DNA from: Perkinsus chesapeaki ATCC PRA-425
Lineage: Eukaryota > Protista > Perkinsozoa
Assembly (NCBI GenBank): GCA_013115145.1
Contig: JAAPAO010000335.1
Coordinates: 1-38,395 of the forward strand
Length of the DNA: 38,395 nucleotides
Direction: 5' to 3'
Made by a program: the position numbers and the translations under genes. Below, in pieces: positions 35,499 to 38,395 of the stretch. The notes beneath the pieces were generated by a model, which made no database searches, was not told the origin of the DNA, and saw only the letters and a list, made by a program, of their open reading frames with translations. The first letter of the stretch is position 1. Each line of letters starts with the position of its first letter.

Positions 35499-36173
35499 AT
35501 GCTGCTTTTTATCATTATGTTATCCTTCGGGGGCTACCCTAGAACTGTGGCGGATCCAATGATTGAAGGGTGCCGACCACTCTTTGTTGTCGTATACTCC
35601 AGGCGACTTCGTCAGGTATATTTCCAATGGCGAGGGTGGCATGGCAGATGAGGGCTTTCATGCGAATGCCGAACCTGGTACGAATAGGTTACCACACACT
35701 GCCGAACTTGTTGAGTTTCGTTCCTTGATAACAAGATATGCGAGTTACATATTCGATGCCGATTGGGGAATGTAGGTGGGGCCCCTACTACGGAATTGAA
35801 GGCTGCTATTGCGAAGGAGGAGAGGTTCCTAACTGCATTGATGTAGGGGGTTACTTGCCCGCCGCGTCGGATGGCTATCGTACAATATCAGTTTGCATTC
35901 AAACCCAGACCTGTGGAATGCGTATGCACTCGCCAGTGTGAAACGAAAAGTGACTGTCAGAGTCGAGCTAATTCCCCGGCTAAGCCGTACTGTGATGGAG
36001 TGTGTAAGCTGGGCTGTTTAGTAAGTACCCTCAAAGTTGCTTTCGTGGTCAATCGTTTCCTTTGTCATTCTCAGTGGTTTAAGAAGTGTCCCCATGGTAT
36101 GCATTGCGACATAGGAAGTGATTGGAAAATTCAATGTATTTGGTGGATGCTATTTCCGAAAATAGGGCAATAA
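35499..36173 (+). CDS. Small Cys-rich predicted secreted protein, multi-exon
   Basis: Signal-like MLLFIIMLSFGG, then segments WGPYYGIEGCYCEGGEVPNC, CVCTRQCETKSDCQSRANSPAKPYCDGVCKLGC and KCPHGMHCDIGSDWKIQCIW. Confidence 0.6.
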
Positions 36174-36429
36174 GAAGGACCTTCTTGAAGGTCGATCTGT
36201 CTACTATAGTGATAACCCCATAGCCCTACTCTATAGTCCTCATTCTCACTTACGAAGGCAACCGTGTTGGGTTAGTCACTGATTGGGAAGACTCACACCC
36301 GAGTATTGCAGATGCGCGATTTCGCGTGATCGACAGGGATCGCGAGCCACTTGGAGCAATATCCGGGCCCACTCCACAGCACCTTTTAGGTTTTATTACT
36401 TTTGCAATCACTCAAATCATTTGAGTCAA

Positions 36430-36637
36430 ATGCCTACGTCCTACCTGCGGCCTGCACGCGGCAAACCGGCTGAACCGCTCGATCCTATGGCAGCAGATGC
36501 GGTGACCGACAGCAGGAGGGCAAGACAGCGACGCGGAACACGCCCCGACGCCGCCAAACCAGGCGGGCGGCTCGCGCTGTGCGACGCCGTGACAAGCGTC
36601 GGCTAGTCCGATCGCTTCGCAATAGTTCTGAGAGGGA
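36430..36637 (+). mobile_element. GC-rich fragment resembling the APE-RT linker of another LINE
   Basis: Across one frameshift it reads RGKPAEPLDPMAADAVTDSRRARQRRG / RRRQTRRAARAVRRRDKRRLVRSL, like the basic 'RR..K..VR.DK' region of LINE ORF2. Confidence 0.4.
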
Positions 36638-38110
36638 TTGGCCATGCTAGCTGCGGTCTCTCATTTGGAGCACGCGGCAAGCCACTTTCGAAAGCCCCAA
36701 ACACACCTAGGAACGTGGCTTAGCCCGGCAGAGAAGTGCTGGCATCAGCTAGATCACTTTCTGATCCGGGGCAACAGGAATATACGGGTGCTGGATGTTC
36801 GTGTGAGACGTACAGTTATGGGATCCTCGGATCACTGTGCCCTGGAACTCTCACTGCGAACAAAGGTAACCTGCGGACCCAGTCGGCCCTTTCGTGGACG
36901 GAGAGTAGTCCCCCGATCTTTCGTTGATAGACGGGCCTTCAATGCAAAGATCCGTGAAGAGCAAGCCCAAAGAGAGTTCGAGCAGGATATTATCCGAGCT
37001 TGTCCTCGAAATGGTGCTTACTCGGATCTGCTGGGCGCATTGCAGGTATCTATGCGGAATCTAGATGGGGCGAAACCCCGTCCCGAAAAACCTTGGCTCT
37101 CTGCACCTCATGTTGTAGCTGCGCTGAGCGACAAGAGGTTAAAGTGGAAGGCGTTCTCAGTGCAGTAAGACGCCAGGAGCTTTTGCTCTTTTTCGTGAGG
37201 CTCGCGGCAAAGTGGTGGCGGCAGTGAAAACGGCCAAAGCTGATTTCATAGAACTGAAGTGTGCTCAGATAGAGAACGCGGAAGCTCAACACGCTGTTGG
37301 GGACGTTAGAAGACTGATCAACGAAATGAAATCAGGACTAGGCTTCACGCTGACCCGCAAACGACATGATCCCCTCTCCCCGTGGGAGTTTGCAGACCAT
37401 TTCGCGAGTGGAGAGGTGCGAATGGAGTGCTCACATCTTTCCTAAAAGCAGGTGGTGAGCACACACTTAGGATTTTACACCAGCTGTGTCAACAGTGGTG
37501 GAATAATCCAACGAGTATTCCTGATGCCCTTGTGCATTCCATTATAGTCCCTTTCTAGAAGAAAGGAGATAGGAAAGATGCTGAAAATTACAGGGGTATA
37601 AACCTGCTTGATCATATCGGCAAAGTTTATGCGGGGGTTCTGGGGCAGAGGTTGAAACCTCTGGCAGTGACTTTTATTGGTGAAAAGCAGTATGGCTTTT
37701 TACCGCGAAATACCATAGATGCAGTACATGTACTTCGACGATGTCAGGAAGCTTGCAACCGTAACGAGTGTAGGCTCTCCGCTGTCTTTCTGGATTTGAA
37801 AGCAGCCTTCGGCAAGGTACCTCGTACTGCCATCTGGCGTGCCCTCAGGTTGGCTGGTTGCGATGAAAAGCTGATTTCAGCTGTTGAGTCGCTTCACCGA
37901 AACACTATTGGTCAAGTCCAGACCCAAAGTGGGATTTCTGAACCGTTCCCTATTGAGATGGGAACTCGACAAGGGTGCCGTATAGCCCCTCTCCTGTTCA
38001 TTATCTTCATGTAAATGGTAATAAGAGATGCCAATTTGGAGATTGGATTGAGCATTCCTTGTAAAAGCGAGGATAGTGTTGAGTCCGCAAACCTCCGGTT
38101 GCTCCACAGT
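36638..38110 (+). mobile_element. Degenerate non-LTR retrotransposon (LINE, RTE-like): C-terminal part of APE endonuclease plus N-terminal RT
   Basis: APE: HLGTWLSPAEKCWHQLDHFL...SDH. RT: KKGDRKDAENYRGINLL, QYGF, FLDLKAAFGKV, GTRQGCRIAPLLF. In-frame stops and frameshifts near 37166, 37443, 37555 and 38012. No YADD motif seen. Confidence 0.9.
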
Positions 38111-38395
38111 ATCCTTGTGAGGTGCACACTCCAAGGGTCTCCTTAACCGGATTCCCCCCCCACAGGCTGGTAAATGCGTCAAAAAAAACTTCACAGCACT
38201 AGCTAGGGATTGATTGGTGGCAAGCTTGTATTCTGCATTCTGCAACTCGGCGTACGAAACTATGTGGATGCGTAAGATGTGGTAAGATATGTAAGATTGG
38301 GCATTAGCCTGGTGGCGCCCTATGTAAGCGGAACTCGTGAAGCGCTTCGCTCCGCCGAGCCCGACTTATGTTCTTTGTGCCAGCTTGTCCCATTT

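Noticed and set aside
330-38245. Most short ORFs in the supplied six-frame track as independent genes
   Set aside because: They are antisense shadows or partial exons of the multi-exon genes described above.
1-38395. Spliced-leader relics, rRNA, intact tRNA, CRISPR arrays, viral or Polinton hallmark genes
   Set aside because: I saw no match by eye to the Perkinsus or dinoflagellate SL core, no cloverleaf with paired stems, no repeat-spacer array, and no capsid, integrase or polymerase motifs.

Overview
A gene-dense eukaryotic window with many short GT-AG introns. The gene content and style suggest a flagellated alveolate, most likely Perkinsus; this is inference, not a database result. Splice models were assembled by eye, so exon boundaries and some starts are approximate. 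Left to right: the partial 5' end of a Thr/Ala-rich secreted-type protein (-); an 829-bp TIR element with an AAT target duplication; a membrane class III adenylyl cyclase (-); a tomosyn-like WD40/R-SNARE gene (-); an ATP10-like gene (-); an unknown gene with a mitochondrial-like presequence (-); DRC1 (+); a bromodomain/ET protein (+); IQCA1/DRC11 (-); an intronless secreted protein (-); an ABCD-type half transporter with a degenerate NBD (+); unresolved minus-strand coding pieces; a Cys-rich secreted protein (+); and a decayed APE+RT LINE. No rRNA, intact tRNA or CRISPR array was found. The most interesting signals are non-coding. (1) Four 3' halves of tRNA-like sequence carrying a full B-box all lie antisense inside introns or a candidate intron. 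(2) A 19-bp motif GTCACGCGCCACGAAATTA recurs, mostly in short introns, twice at the same +12 offset. (3) A 15-18-bp motif AGCTAGAGGTGTCAG(AAA) sits next to two start codons in opposite orientations. (4) Two near-perfect hairpins each fill a candidate intron. (5) The large introns of both DRC genes contain exon-like antisense sequence, suggesting interleaved genes.
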